Origin: Acidobacteriota bacterium
GTDB taxonomy: Bacteria; Acidobacteriota; UBA890; WLXD01
Direction of reading: 5' to 3'
Assembly: GCA_965248695.1 (NCBI GenBank)
Contig: CBDFKD010000002.1
Span: 1,728,001 to 1,792,000 of the forward strand
DNA: 64,000 nucleotides
Of this stretch, positions 16,906 to 26,340 are shown in pieces; position 1 is the first letter of the stretch; the number at the start of each line of letters is the position of its first letter. Under the pieces are notes generated by a model that saw nothing but the letters and a program-made list of their open reading frames with translations, was not told the DNA's origin and did no database searches. Made by a program: the position numbers and the translations under genes.

Positions 16906-17083
16906 TCCCACAGTCTCTGCGCTTCGAGATCGACCCTACCGCCCCCTGCAAGAAGGCGCAATCGATGTCGTTGGGCGGTGGCCGCCGTTGTCCGACTACG
17001 GCGGGCGTTCTGATCAGGGAATCGACAGCCTTGGCCACGGACGCGAACCTGATCGGTCTCACAGCGCCCTGAAAGCGTCGCCG

Positions 17084-17764
17084 TCATTGGATCCGGGCGC
17101 TGATATCGAGGGGACTGGCAGCGGCGTTGCCGAGCAACTGCGCGTCGGCGGCCGGGTACAGCGTGTCGAAGACACCATCGGGTCCGGCCGACAAAGCCCA
17201 TACGGCACGTTTCTGCTGCGTGCCTCCGGCCTCGTACGCCCCAGGGTTCACCGACAGATGCTCGACATTGATGACGTAACGGTTACCCCACGGATCGCTC
17301 TGCATGTGCGCGTTGAGGTAGGGACCGTTCCAGCCTGAACCGCTCAGCGCCGTCTTCAGCGGGTAGCCGACATTGCCCGATGAGGGTCGGTTGTTCACCA
17401 GCTGGTTGGAGATGAAGTCGATGACGCTCGGGTCGGTAGTCAGCCAGGGCTCGGCGCCAGGACGCGCCTCGCCGACCGCGCCCGGCGAGACCAACAGCGC
17501 AATGTCGAGCTCGCGCTGGCCGTCGGCGAACTGGGCATGGAAGCCATTGTCGCGGAAGAACTCGAACACCGAATCCGCCAGGATCCGAACGTCGTTCTGC
17601 GCCCGCGCGAGGCGCGACTGGTTCAGGAAGTTGAACACCGAAGGCGCCAGGATCAGACCCAAGATCGCGATCACTGCCAGGATGATCGTGATCTCCAGGA
17701 GCGTGAACCCAGGCGCACTGCGAGCTCGCTCGCGGCCGCGACCGGGAGCCAGAGCATGGTTCAT
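17084..17764 (-). CDS. GspG-type prepilin
   Basis: Start ATG 17764 overlaps the upstream stop; APG/FTLLEITIILAVIAILGLILAP; WNGPY, SDPWGNRYVIN, LSAGPDG. Confidence 0.85.
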   Translation of the reverse strand: MNHALAPGRGRERARSAPGFTLLEITIILAVIAILGLILAPSVFNFLNQSRLARAQNDVRILADSVFEFFRDNGFHAQFADGQRELDIALLVSPGAVGEARPGAEPWLTTDPSVIDFISNQLVNNRPSSGNVGYPLKTALSGSGWNGPYLNAHMQSDPWGNRYVINVEHLSVNPGAYEAGGTQQKRAVWALSAGPDGVFDTLYPAADAQLLGNAAASPLDISARIQ

Positions 17765-18567
17765 CGGCTGCCCCCCGACACAACACGAATCAGGTCGTCG
17801 TCGCCCGGCACCACGCCGTCGACCTCGTACGGAGTGTCGACCTCCTCGTCCGGACCGGCGGACATCACGAAGATGTCGTAGCGGTAGCCGGCGTTGTCCT
17901 CGGTGGCGCTGTCGGCGATCGGGTCGAGGTACAGGACGTTGACCGCATAGCGATTTCCCCACGGATCGGAGCGCACCGGCGCCGAGACGTACGGACCGCG
18001 CCAGGCAAAGCGCGCGCCGAAACCCTGCTGACTCGCAAAAGCCGCGGTGCGCGACGGCACGTCGGCGATCAGGTCCTCCGGAGTCCGGTAGCCGGCGGTC
18101 GGTTCGTTGCCCGGCGTGTTCTGCACCAGATGGTTCGCAAGCGTATCGACCACATGCCCATCGTACGGCCGTCGCCAGAGCCATGCGTCCCCGCCTTCAC
18201 CCTCGTCCGGCGTGTCGCCGTCGCTGATGAGCATTCCGACGGTGAAGTAGGGATCCGGGTTCGAGGGCTCGTAGTCCTCGCCCGAGGAAGTATCGCGGTT
18301 CCCCTTGCCGAGACAGCGGAACACGCCCTCGCCAGTGTCGCGCATGAAGACCAGGATGGCTTCGTGGATCGTGCCGATGTCCTGCCGCGCACGCGCTAGA
18401 CGCGCGTCGCGCAGGTAGTTGCCGATCCCCGGGAGCAGGATGAGGCTCAGCACGGTCAGCACCAGGAGGATGATCGTCACCTCCACCAGCGTGAAGCCGC
18501 GCTCTCCCTCCCGTCGCGTCCTACCGTTGCGGGTCGTCGTCTTGTGTTGAGGTTGAGTGCCGGTCAT
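17761..18567 (-). CDS. GspG-type prepilin
   Basis: ERG/FTLVEVTIILLVLTVLSLILLP; VDTLANHLVQNTPG, WRGPY, DPWGNRYAVN, MSAGPDEEVDTP, GDDD. Confidence 0.87.
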   Translation of the reverse strand: MTGTQPQHKTTTRNGRTRREGERGFTLVEVTIILLVLTVLSLILLPGIGNYLRDARLARARQDIGTIHEAILVFMRDTGEGVFRCLGKGNRDTSSGEDYEPSNPDPYFTVGMLISDGDTPDEGEGGDAWLWRRPYDGHVVDTLANHLVQNTPGNEPTAGYRTPEDLIADVPSRTAAFASQQGFGARFAWRGPYVSAPVRSDPWGNRYAVNVLYLDPIADSATEDNAGYRYDIFVMSAGPDEEVDTPYEVDGVVPGDDDLIRVVSGGSR

Positions 18568-18577
18568 GGAGATCTCT

Positions 18578-19429
18578 TCAGCGCAGGGAGCCATAAGAAA
18601 CCGGAAACGCGATGTCGTCGTCACCAAGCACAAAGCCGCCGACGGAGGCAAACGGCGTATCGACTTCCTCGTCGGGTCCGGCCGAAAGCACGATCACGGG
18701 CCGGATGAAACCGACCGAGTCACCACCCTGGGGCACGGTGAGCCAGGCGACGTTGGCCATGTAGCGGTTGCCCCACGGATCGGGTCGCAACCCGTCGAGG
18801 TAGAAGCCGCGCCAGGCGAACTCGGAATTGAAGCCCTGACCACCGCTACCGTCGAACTGCAATCCGCCGGGAACGCCGGAACTGTGATCCCCCGACACCA
18901 TGTCGGCCGGCGTCCGATACCGCTTCCAGTCCGGGCCGGTACCACCACCGCTGTCTCCGGGGTAGTTCTGAATCAGATGATTGGCAAACGTGTCGACGAT
19001 GCCGCCGGTAAGCCACACATCCGGGAAATCGGTGCCGGCATCGGCCACCGTCGAACCCAGCGGCGCCCGCCAGTCGTAGAACTCGCTGTGACCGTCCGGC
19101 GTGTCGCCGTCGCCGATCAGCAGGCCGACGGGCGGCGCAGAGCCGTCCTCGGAATAGCGCTCCGGCGATCGCCAACTCGAGCTCCCCATAGGCTTGGAAT
19201 GGAACGAGCTCTCGCCGGTGTCCTTGAGCATATGCATCATGGCAGCGCCGATGGCGGCAACATCTTCGCGGACGCGAGCAAAGCGCGCGTCGCGCAGGAA
19301 CACGCCGATTTGCGGCAGCAGAATGGCCGACAGGATCGCCAGTGCCATCACGATGATCGACACCTCGACCAGCGTAAAACCGCGATCATCGACGTCTTTC
19401 CAGCGCCGTCCCTGGCCCAGTTTCGTCAT
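18578..19429 (-). CDS. GspG-type prepilin
   Basis: RBS GGGAG, MTKLG...DRG/FTLVEVSIIVMALAILSAILLP; VDTFANHLIQN, WRGFY, DPWGNRYMAN, LSAGPDEEVDTP, GDDD. Confidence 0.87.
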   Translation of the reverse strand: MTKLGQGRRWKDVDDRGFTLVEVSIIVMALAILSAILLPQIGVFLRDARFARVREDVAAIGAAMMHMLKDTGESSFHSKPMGSSSWRSPERYSEDGSAPPVGLLIGDGDTPDGHSEFYDWRAPLGSTVADAGTDFPDVWLTGGIVDTFANHLIQNYPGDSGGGTGPDWKRYRTPADMVSGDHSSGVPGGLQFDGSGGQGFNSEFAWRGFYLDGLRPDPWGNRYMANVAWLTVPQGGDSVGFIRPVIVLSAGPDEEVDTPFASVGGFVLGDDDIAFPVSYGSLR

Positions 19430-19473
19430 CGTTGTCTCCCTGCGTTTGCGGGCGTTGCCAGCTCGACACATCG

Positions 19474-20337
19474 TCATCGTCCCGGCACGCTGTCGGGCCC
19501 GGTCGAGAACAACACTGCGATGTCGTCGTCCCCGGGAACGAACCCGTCTATTTCAAAGCTCGAATCGATCTCCTGGTCCGGACCGGCCGACAAGACCACC
19601 ACGTCGACCCCCTCTGTTTGACTCAGGAAGTACACGTTGGCGGCATAGCGGTTGCCCCAGGGGTCGCCTTGACCGAGGTTGAGATAGGCGCCGCCCCAGG
19701 CGTGCAGCTGCGACAATGCACCGGCCACTGGATCGCTACAGTCAAGGAGGTTCGCGAAGGCGCGGCGGGGGTCGTTTCCTGGGGTGTTGGAAATCAGGTA
19801 GTACTCGAAGAAGTCCACCCAGGTGCCGTCGACCGGCTCGGCCCAGCGCTCGCCGCCCTCGGGTCCCATTGCCGGAATGTCACCGGCGGTGACCAGAATC
19901 TCGACGGCGTCGCCGTAGCACAGGTCGGGGTTGCCGCAACCGACACCGAGCGCCTGTGCGTTGACGCGACCGCCTTCCAGAGTCCCGTTGCCACCTCCAG
20001 GCGGCAGCAGAGGAGGCGTCACGACCGGCGCAACAACGACACTGCTGGCCGCGCTTCGACTGCGACCGCTGGTGCGCCGCGTGGTCGCAGAGCTCGAGAG
20101 CGACGAGTACGCCTCGTTCTGGGGCACGAAGACGCAGCCGATATCTTCAATAAACTGCTGCAGCGCCCTGCCGATGGCGATCATTTCGGCGCGCGCCGTC
20201 GTGAGTCGCGCGTTGGCTACGGCGCCGGTGAGCACCGGAGCGATGGCAGCCGACAAGACAACCACGACCATGAGGATGATCGATACCTCAACGAGCGTGA
20301 AGCCACGACTCTCTCGGAGACTACGCATGCTTCTCAT
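19474..20337 (-). CDS. GspG-type prepilin with Ser/Thr/Pro-rich insertion
   Basis: SRG/FTLVEVSIILMVVVVLSAAIAP; WGGAY, DPWGNRYAAN, LSAGPDQEIDS, GDDD; four Cys. Confidence 0.85.
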   Translation of the reverse strand: MRSMRSLRESRGFTLVEVSIILMVVVVLSAAIAPVLTGAVANARLTTARAEMIAIGRALQQFIEDIGCVFVPQNEAYSSLSSSATTRRTSGRSRSAASSVVVAPVVTPPLLPPGGGNGTLEGGRVNAQALGVGCGNPDLCYGDAVEILVTAGDIPAMGPEGGERWAEPVDGTWVDFFEYYLISNTPGNDPRRAFANLLDCSDPVAGALSQLHAWGGAYLNLGQGDPWGNRYAANVYFLSQTEGVDVVVLSAGPDQEIDSSFEIDGFVPGDDDIAVLFSTGPDSVPGR

Positions 20338-21023
20338 TGCAATCGAAAACCGATGTCATCTCCGTACAGACGAGCGTTGTCGCGCGCCTGATAGAAGGGA
20401 GTTTCGATGATTCCGTTCGGACCGGCTGACAGCACCCATGCGGCGCCGAGCCGCGAGCCGTCAACCTCCTGTACGACGTTTCTCACATCAAGCCAGAAGA
20501 CGTTGACGATATAGGCGTGTCCCCAACCATCCCCACCCGCCGCTTGCGGCAAGTACGGTCCGGCCCAGCCCCGATTGTCGATCGGGCTTCGAGCGCGATA
20601 GCCCTTGCCGTTGAACGTCAGGTGCTCCGCCAGGAGTCCGAGATCCGATTCGATCCAGAATCCGGTCGAAGTCGTGCTTCCCGGCAGCGGAGCAGCGCTG
20701 ATGAGCGCGCCGACCTCCTGATCGCCGGGTCTGCCGTCGAACGTATCGTTGGTACGCGGGAAGTAGCCGGTATCGGCATAGAACTCCACGATCGCGCGCC
20801 CAATACGGTCGACTTCCTCACGCGTGCGCACGGCATGCGATTGCTCCAGCAGGTCGCCGGCAGCAGTAGCAACCAGACCCACTAGCAAGCCGAGCACGGC
20901 AAGGATCACCGTAATCTCGACCATCGTCATGCCATCGTTACGAGGCAAGAAGCTTTCCGGTTGCGGTCTCAGCCACTGCCGCCAACTTCGACGGCTGGCA
21001 CGCTGGTGCGAAGCGCAGGGCAT
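20334..21023 (-). CDS. GspG-type prepilin
   Basis: NDG/MTMVEITVILAVLGLLVGLV; FYADTGYFP, WAGPY, DGWGHAYIVN, LSAGPNG, GDDI. Start uncertain. Confidence 0.8.
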   Translation of the reverse strand: MPCASHQRASRRSWRQWLRPQPESFLPRNDGMTMVEITVILAVLGLLVGLVATAAGDLLEQSHAVRTREEVDRIGRAIVEFYADTGYFPRTNDTFDGRPGDQEVGALISAAPLPGSTTSTGFWIESDLGLLAEHLTFNGKGYRARSPIDNRGWAGPYLPQAAGGDGWGHAYIVNVFWLDVRNVVQEVDGSRLGAAWVLSAGPNGIIETPFYQARDNARLYGDDIGFRLQ

Positions 21024-21024
21024 C

Positions 21025-21243
21025 TCAGCCGATCGCCGCAATACGCTCGTCGAACAGCGGGCTGGAGTTGTAGCGATCCTGCGACTGACTCTGCAGGTAG
21101 CTCTCCACGTCCTCCGGTCGATATCGGATGAGATCGCGAATACGGATGTAGGGCAGCCGGCCTGCCTCGCGCTCTCGCCGAACGGTATGCGGCGAAACCT
21201 GCAGGTAGTCAGCCAGGGACTCTGTCGTATGAAGACCCAGCAT
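21025..21243 (-). CDS. Small excisionase/BldC-like (HTH_17) DNA-binding protein
   Basis: RBS GGAGG, MLGLHTTESLADYLQVSPHTVRREREAGRLPYIRIRDLIRYRPEDVESYL. Confidence 0.85.
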   Translation of the reverse strand: MLGLHTTESLADYLQVSPHTVRREREAGRLPYIRIRDLIRYRPEDVESYLQSQSQDRYNSSPLFDERIAAIG

Positions 21244-21316
21244 TGTTTGCCTCCGTGTTCCCCGCCGATGCGGGGGTTGGCTCAACCTAGATGAAGCGAT
21301 AGATCCGCTTTGGGAC

Positions 21317-21535
21317 CTAGCGGTCACCCCAGTTGGCCTGCGAGGCAAATGCGTCGGTGTCCAGCGACATGCTTGCGTTGCGCTCGAGATAGGCGCGCAC
21401 ATCGCTCTCGCGATAGCGAATCTGTCCGCGAACGCGTACGAACGGCAGGCGGCCCTCTTTGCGCTCGCGGCGGATCGTCCGCGGCGAGACCTGGAGCAGC
21501 TCTGCGAGCGTCTCGGTGGTGTACAGCTTCTGCAC
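21317..21535 (-). CDS. Small excisionase/BldC-like (HTH_17) DNA-binding protein
   Basis: RBS GGGAG, MQKLYTTETLAELLQVSPRTIRRERKEGRLPFVRVRGQIRYRESDVRAYL. Confidence 0.85.
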   Translation of the reverse strand: MQKLYTTETLAELLQVSPRTIRRERKEGRLPFVRVRGQIRYRESDVRAYLERNASMSLDTDAFASQANWGDR

Positions 21536-21610
21536 GGTTGCGTACTCCCCTGTTGTTGGTAATCACCGGGGCTTGGTAGGCGCCGAGCCGAGCTCGACAC
21601 CTGGGGAGAG

Positions 21611-21627
21611 AGCAACCGCCGTGCCAA
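21611..21627 (-). promoter_or_regulatory. Sigma54 (-24/-12) promoter of the HTH-pilin array
   Basis: Minus strand TTGGCAC-GGCGG-TTGCT, a full match to TGGCAC-N5-TTGCW, about 75 nt upstream of the first HTH gene and next to a sigma54 activator gene. Confidence 0.85.
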
Positions 21628-21863
21628 ACGCGGCCGCCTGTCGCTTGGGACGTCACACGATGGCCAGGTCGATCTACGCAAGTTACTGTTTCCATTGGTC
21701 TTACAGAATCTGCGTCAAATCACGAAAGCACCCGGCCGGCCAGCTTCGGCCACCACGGTACTGGTGGCGTCGCCCCCGTCCGGCCGTGCAGCCTGCCGAT
21801 CCAGACTGATCATTTTCCCGTAAACTATTGATCAGACTAGGGTTACGGACCAATCTACAAAAC

Positions 21864-21881
21864 GTGTAGCAACTCCTACAC
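21864..21881. promoter_or_regulatory. Candidate enhancer (UAS) for the sigma54 activator
   Basis: Palindrome GTGTAG-CAACTC-CTACAC (contains TGT-N10-ACA) about 240 bp upstream of the -24 box, in an AT-richer stretch. Confidence 0.5.
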
Positions 21882-22039
21882 GGTTTCGGGGGTTCCCGGT
21901 TGCCAAGCGGGGTCGAGAGGAGGCAGGCGGGTACAGTCGCGGGCGGCGGCGGACGGACGCGGCCAGGACTTGCGCACGCTCGTCAGCGGCGCGCGGAGGC
22001 GGCCGCGAGACCCTCGGGTGCGACGGAGGAGGCAACGCC

Positions 22040-23434
22040 TCAGCCTTTCAGCCGCTCCACGTCGATCCCGTGCTTCTTCACCTTGTGCCACATCGATCGC
22101 TCGGAGATCCCGAGTCGCCGTGCCGCGGTTGCCTGTACGCCGCTGGCACTCCGCAAGGCATCGGTCAATATCTGTCGCTCGATGCGGTACATGGTGATCG
22201 GCAGGCTGTCGTCGGTTCCGGTCCGCGCGGCGCGCTCGGCAACCAGCGAGCCACGCACGACCTCCGACGGCAAGTCCTGACGCCTCAGCTCGTCGGTCTC
22301 GCTCCAGATCACGGCACGCTCGATGGCGTGACGCAGCTGCCGCACGTTCCCTGGCCAGCCATAGCCGACGACGGCGTCGAGCGCCGCCGGAGAGATACGT
22401 TGCAGGCGTTTGTCGTGTGAGTCGTTGGCCTCGCGGATGAAGTGCTCCGTCAGCAGTGGGATGTCCGGCCCGCGCTCGCGCAACGGCGGTAGCGTCACCG
22501 TGACCACGTTGAGGCGGAAGTAGAGATCCTCGCGGAAGCGTCCTTCACGGACCTCGAGGGCGAGATTGCGGTTGGTGGCGGCCACCACGCGGACGTCGAC
22601 GCGCACCGGCGCAACGCCGCCAACACGCTCGAACTCACGTTCCTGCAGCACGCGAAGGATCTTTGCCTGAGTTTCCAGGCTCATGTCACCGATCTCATCG
22701 AGCAAGATCGTGCCGCCGTCGGCAAGCTCGAACTTACCGATCTTCCGTTGGTGCGCGCCAGTGAACGACCCGCGCTCATGTCCGAAGAGCTCGCTTTCGA
22801 GCAGCGTCTGCGGGATCGCGACGCAGTTCAGCTTCACGAACTGGCCCGCGGCTCGTTTGCTCTTGAAGTGAATGGCCTCGGCGACGAGCTCCTTTCCCGT
22901 ACCACTCTCACCGAGCACCAGCACGGTCGTGTCCGAACGCACCACCTTGCCCAACGTTTCGAAGACGTGCCCCATGGCCTGTGACTTGCCGAGCATGTTG
23001 CCGAAACCGACGTGGCCTCCGCCTTGGCTACGAATCCGCGTGCCTTCGCGCGCCAGCTTGCGGCGCTCCAGTGCGCGTGCCATAACCACGCGCAGCTCGT
23101 CGATCTGGATCGGTTTGGTGAAGAAATCGTACGCGCCGCGATCCACCGCAAGCGCCGCCGTTCGTCGGCTTCCGTACGCGGTCATCATCACCACGAGAAC
23201 GTCCGGCTGCAGTCGCCGCATCTCCTCCAAGATGTCGAGCCCCTCCGCGTCGGGCAGTCGCTGGTCGAGCAGAACGAAGTCGTAACCGACTTCTGGGTCG
23301 GCCAGTCGCTCGAGCCCCTCGGCGGCGGTTTCGGCTTCATCGATGGTCAAGCCTTCGCTCGCTAGCGCCGCGAGGAGCGTGTAGCGCACCTCGGGGTCGT
23401 CGTCGACGATGAGCAGACGCTTCATATCCGCCAC
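22040..23434 (-). CDS. Sigma54-dependent response regulator (NtrC/PilR-like)
   Basis: Receiver ([18 protein letters not shown]), AAA+ ([47 protein letters not shown]), Fis-type HTH. Confidence 0.93.
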   Translation of the reverse strand: MADMKRLLIVDDDPEVRYTLLAALASEGLTIDEAETAAEGLERLADPEVGYDFVLLDQRLPDAEGLDILEEMRRLQPDVLVVMMTAYGSRRTAALAVDRGAYDFFTKPIQIDELRVVMARALERRKLAREGTRIRSQGGGHVGFGNMLGKSQAMGHVFETLGKVVRSDTTVLVLGESGTGKELVAEAIHFKSKRAAGQFVKLNCVAIPQTLLESELFGHERGSFTGAHQRKIGKFELADGGTILLDEIGDMSLETQAKILRVLQEREFERVGGVAPVRVDVRVVAATNRNLALEVREGRFREDLYFRLNVVTVTLPPLRERGPDIPLLTEHFIREANDSHDKRLQRISPAALDAVVGYGWPGNVRQLRHAIERAVIWSETDELRRQDLPSEVVRGSLVAERAARTGTDDSLPITMYRIERQILTDALRSASGVQATAARRLGISERSMWHKVKKHGIDVERLKG

Positions 23435-24937
23435 CTACGCCGCTCCTGCCGCAAGCGGCTCGCCGGCAGCCACCGGGATCGTTGAAACGACGGCCGTGTC
23501 GCAGACGGGCAGTCGAATCACGAAGGCCGTGCCCCGCTCTACCGTACTGGTCACTTCGATCGCGCCTCCGTGGGCGTAGACGATCTGCTGCGCGATGGCC
23601 AGGCCCAGCCCGGTGCCGCCACGACCCGAAACAAAGGGCTGAAAGATCCGCTCGCGGTCCTCGGGCGCCACGAATGAGCCCGTGTTGGCAACCGTGACCT
23701 CTACCTGGCCGTCGCGGACGCGGGTTGCCACGTCGATGCGCCCAGCCGCCGGCGTATGGTTGTAGGCATTGCGCAACAGGTTCTCTACGGCGCGGCCGAG
23801 ACGGTCCGGATCGACCAGACAAGGGGGCATGGAGTGCTCGTAGTCTTCGGCGACAACGATGTCGTCGGATTCCGGTCGGCCCATGGTCACGAACTCGACC
23901 GTGTCGCTGACCAACGAGTTGAGATCGCGTTGCTCCAGGTCGTGGATCTCAGTTGGCACCAGATCCAGAAGCTGTCCTACGAGGCGCTCGATGCGTTGTG
24001 CCGCACGCGACAGAACATCCAGGTGCCGATGGCCCTCGTCGCCCGGTGGCAGGCGCTCGTGTAGCAACTGAACCAGCCCGAGCACCGAGCTCAACGGGTT
24101 GCGGATCTCATGCGCGAGCTCGGCCGCGAACCCTCCGATGACCATCAGTCGATGGGCACGGCTGACCTCACGCTGGACCTTCTCGGTGTCGTCGGCGCGC
24201 TCGAACAACACCAGTACCGAGATGATCGACTCTTCGCCCGCCAGCACCGTTCCCTGCAAATCGACCGTGAGCCGCTGTCCGCGCCGGTTCACCCAAACCA
24301 GGCTTCGGAGGTCGAACGGTTCGCTGCGCTCGAGAGCTCCGACGAGGGCGACCGTGAGCTCGGCGTTGTCTGCAACGTCAGGGATCAGCTCGGAGAACTC
24401 GCGGCCGATCATCAGATCGGCATCCACGCCCAGCGCTACTGCGGCGCGTGGGTTGATCGAAAGTACGCGCCCGTCACGCGCGAAAGAGATCAGGCCCTCG
24501 ACAACAGAGCTGCGCGCGTAGTCACGGACGGATTCGAGCAGGTCATTGATGGCGCTGACCAGCGGCGCAACCTCCCCATCAGCCTCCAGTTCCACCGGAA
24601 AGCTGAAGTTGCGGCGTGCCAGGAACTCGGTTCGCTGCGCGAGCGTGCGCAGCTGACGGGTAAACGCCAGGGCGATCGACAGACCGATACAACCGCCGAA
24701 CGCCGTCAGCCCGAGCAGCCACAGCCAGGACTCTGGTGGCGTAGCCCAGACTCGGGTTGCGTCGCGCGGCGACATGAGGTGGGTGGCATCGGTGCGACCG
24801 ACCTCGAATGCATATAGGCCGACACCGAACGCCAGCAAGGCGGTGACGAACGGCAGTGCCACGGCGAGGCGTAGATGCGGCTTGCGGGCGGTACGACGCC
24901 CGACGCCTTTCAGTGCGCGCCGCCAGAGATCGAGCAT
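23435..24937 (-). CDS. Sensor histidine kinase (TM-HAMP-PAS-HisKA-HATPase; PilS-like)
   Basis: Two TMs, H-box LAHEIRNPL, N-box ENLLRNA, IFQPF, GTGLGLAI; adjacent to the response regulator. Confidence 0.9.
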   Translation of the reverse strand: MLDLWRRALKGVGRRTARKPHLRLAVALPFVTALLAFGVGLYAFEVGRTDATHLMSPRDATRVWATPPESWLWLLGLTAFGGCIGLSIALAFTRQLRTLAQRTEFLARRNFSFPVELEADGEVAPLVSAINDLLESVRDYARSSVVEGLISFARDGRVLSINPRAAVALGVDADLMIGREFSELIPDVADNAELTVALVGALERSEPFDLRSLVWVNRRGQRLTVDLQGTVLAGEESIISVLVLFERADDTEKVQREVSRAHRLMVIGGFAAELAHEIRNPLSSVLGLVQLLHERLPPGDEGHRHLDVLSRAAQRIERLVGQLLDLVPTEIHDLEQRDLNSLVSDTVEFVTMGRPESDDIVVAEDYEHSMPPCLVDPDRLGRAVENLLRNAYNHTPAAGRIDVATRVRDGQVEVTVANTGSFVAPEDRERIFQPFVSGRGGTGLGLAIAQQIVYAHGGAIEVTSTVERGTAFVIRLPVCDTAVVSTIPVAAGEPLAAGAA

Positions 24938-25171
24938 TCGTTGCTCCGAGACAACGGAAACACGGGTACAGGACTGACAGGGCTGATTCTAGCGAGGCCC
25001 GAGTTACCGTCGAAGCGAAAACGCTCTTAACCGTCGCTGTAGCAATGTTCAGGACGTGTTTGACCATTTTTTCACTCTAAAACACGCAGTACGGCATTTT
25101 GGGGCTGACTTGGCGGGTTCGCGCTTATTACCATCGCGGCATCCAATGCCTTCCCGACCGGTCGAGAGACG

Positions 25172-26005
25172 ATGATGCGAAGAAATGCTGCCCTGACACT
25201 CTGCTGGATCGTCCTGTTGACGGCCGGAATCGTCGGAACCGCCCCCGAGGCGCAGTCCGAACCGCTGCCAGCCGCCATCGGCGGGCAGGCGCAAGAGGGA
25301 ACCTCCACGGATGGTGGTCCTCAGGTGAGCGTCACAACGCCGACAATCAACTGGGGAGACGACGCCAGCGGCAGCGTCCCGTACGACTGGAGCACGCGCG
25401 TTTCCAATCCCAACTCGCGCGCCGTCGTGGTGAGGGTAAAGCTCGATTTTGTCGACTCACAAGGACAGTCGGTCCACGAGGACTGGGTAAGCGGTCAGAT
25501 CGGTCCGAACTCGGACACCGTGCTGCAACAGGCCGGGTCTATCGATAATGCCTATCTCGACCTGGTGGCAGAAGCTCGTGGAGCGCCGTCGGCCTGGTGG
25601 GCGGATGAGGCTTACAAGTTCCGCACCGTCGCCGCCTTCGTTGACGGGCTGCAGCGCCTAGAGGTCTTCTTCGTTCTGGAAGATTGGGAAGGTCGTCCGG
25701 TAACTGCCGCCGGCACCCTCGACCTCTATATCGTCGAACGCGAGCGGCCACGGGCGAGCGGTGCCAGCGTGCGCCGCCCGTTGAACACCTTGTACGCACG
25801 GCGCTTCGACGTTGGCGGGCGCGACTATTCCAACCACCAGATCGGTTTCAAGAACAACGACTACACACCGCCGGCAGTGACGCTCGGTCCGATCCACTAC
25901 TCGCTCTTCGACCAGGAGCCGATCGGCGATGAGGGTCTCGTGCGGATCGTATTCCACACCGCTAGCGGCACGGAGATCGTCGGCGAGGACCGCGTCTACT
26001 TCTAG
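25172..26005 (+). CDS. Exported hypothetical protein
   Basis: Signal peptide (MMRRNAALTLCWIVLLTAGIVG..AQS), beta-rich mature region, divergent from the kinase gene. Confidence 0.65.
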   Translation: MMRRNAALTLCWIVLLTAGIVGTAPEAQSEPLPAAIGGQAQEGTSTDGGPQVSVTTPTINWGDDASGSVPYDWSTRVSNPNSRAVVVRVKLDFVDSQGQSVHEDWVSGQIGPNSDTVLQQAGSIDNAYLDLVAEARGAPSAWWADEAYKFRTVAAFVDGLQRLEVFFVLEDWEGRPVTAAGTLDLYIVERERPRASGASVRRPLNTLYARRFDVGGRDYSNHQIGFKNNDYTPPAVTLGPIHYSLFDQEPIGDEGLVRIVFHTASGTEIVGEDRVYF

Positions 26006-26188
26006 TAAGCCGGCGCGCGTGCGCGCGGTCGGGGACCGGCACCGCCCAGTTTGCGGACGCGCCGTGCTGGCGCGCGACTGACTGTCCCTGCGAAGCCGTG
26101 AAGGCAGCAGCTGCATTCGAGACGCCAAGACAGCAGCTGCCCCGGGGATTCCAAGGCAGCAGCGCGCAGAATTGCGCAGCGTACCGCC

Positions 26189-26217
26189 TTGACAGTCTGT
26201 CCCGCAGCGCGTAGAGT
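26189..26217 (+). promoter_or_regulatory. Sigma70-type promoter
   Basis: TTGACA-17 bp-TAGAGT upstream of the HTH gene at 26341. Confidence 0.6.
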
Positions 26218-26340
26218 GATCATCGTTGACTACGCTGAATCAGGATTCGCTAGTTCTGGCGAGACTTGGCCGGCGCTGACCGCAACATCGCTCCTGATCG
26301 ATTGGACGGAGCGCCTTGCGGGGATTCGAGGAGGGACACG

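Noticed and set aside
17765-18184. N-terminal extensions of several track ORFs (17084..18184, 12024..12998, 21025..21681, 44436..45317)
   Set aside because: They overlap real neighbouring genes or leaders; RBS and motif positions support downstream starts.
18557-20391. Long antisense ORFs (e.g. 18557..19621, 30146..31258, 50468..51457)
   Set aside because: Shadow frames of high-GC coding genes with no recognisable motifs.
10081-21023. Diversity-generating retroelement or shufflon acting on the pilins
   Set aside because: No reverse transcriptase, invertase or recombinase, no near-identical TR/VR pair and no inverted cassettes; paralogs differ at synonymous sites throughout.
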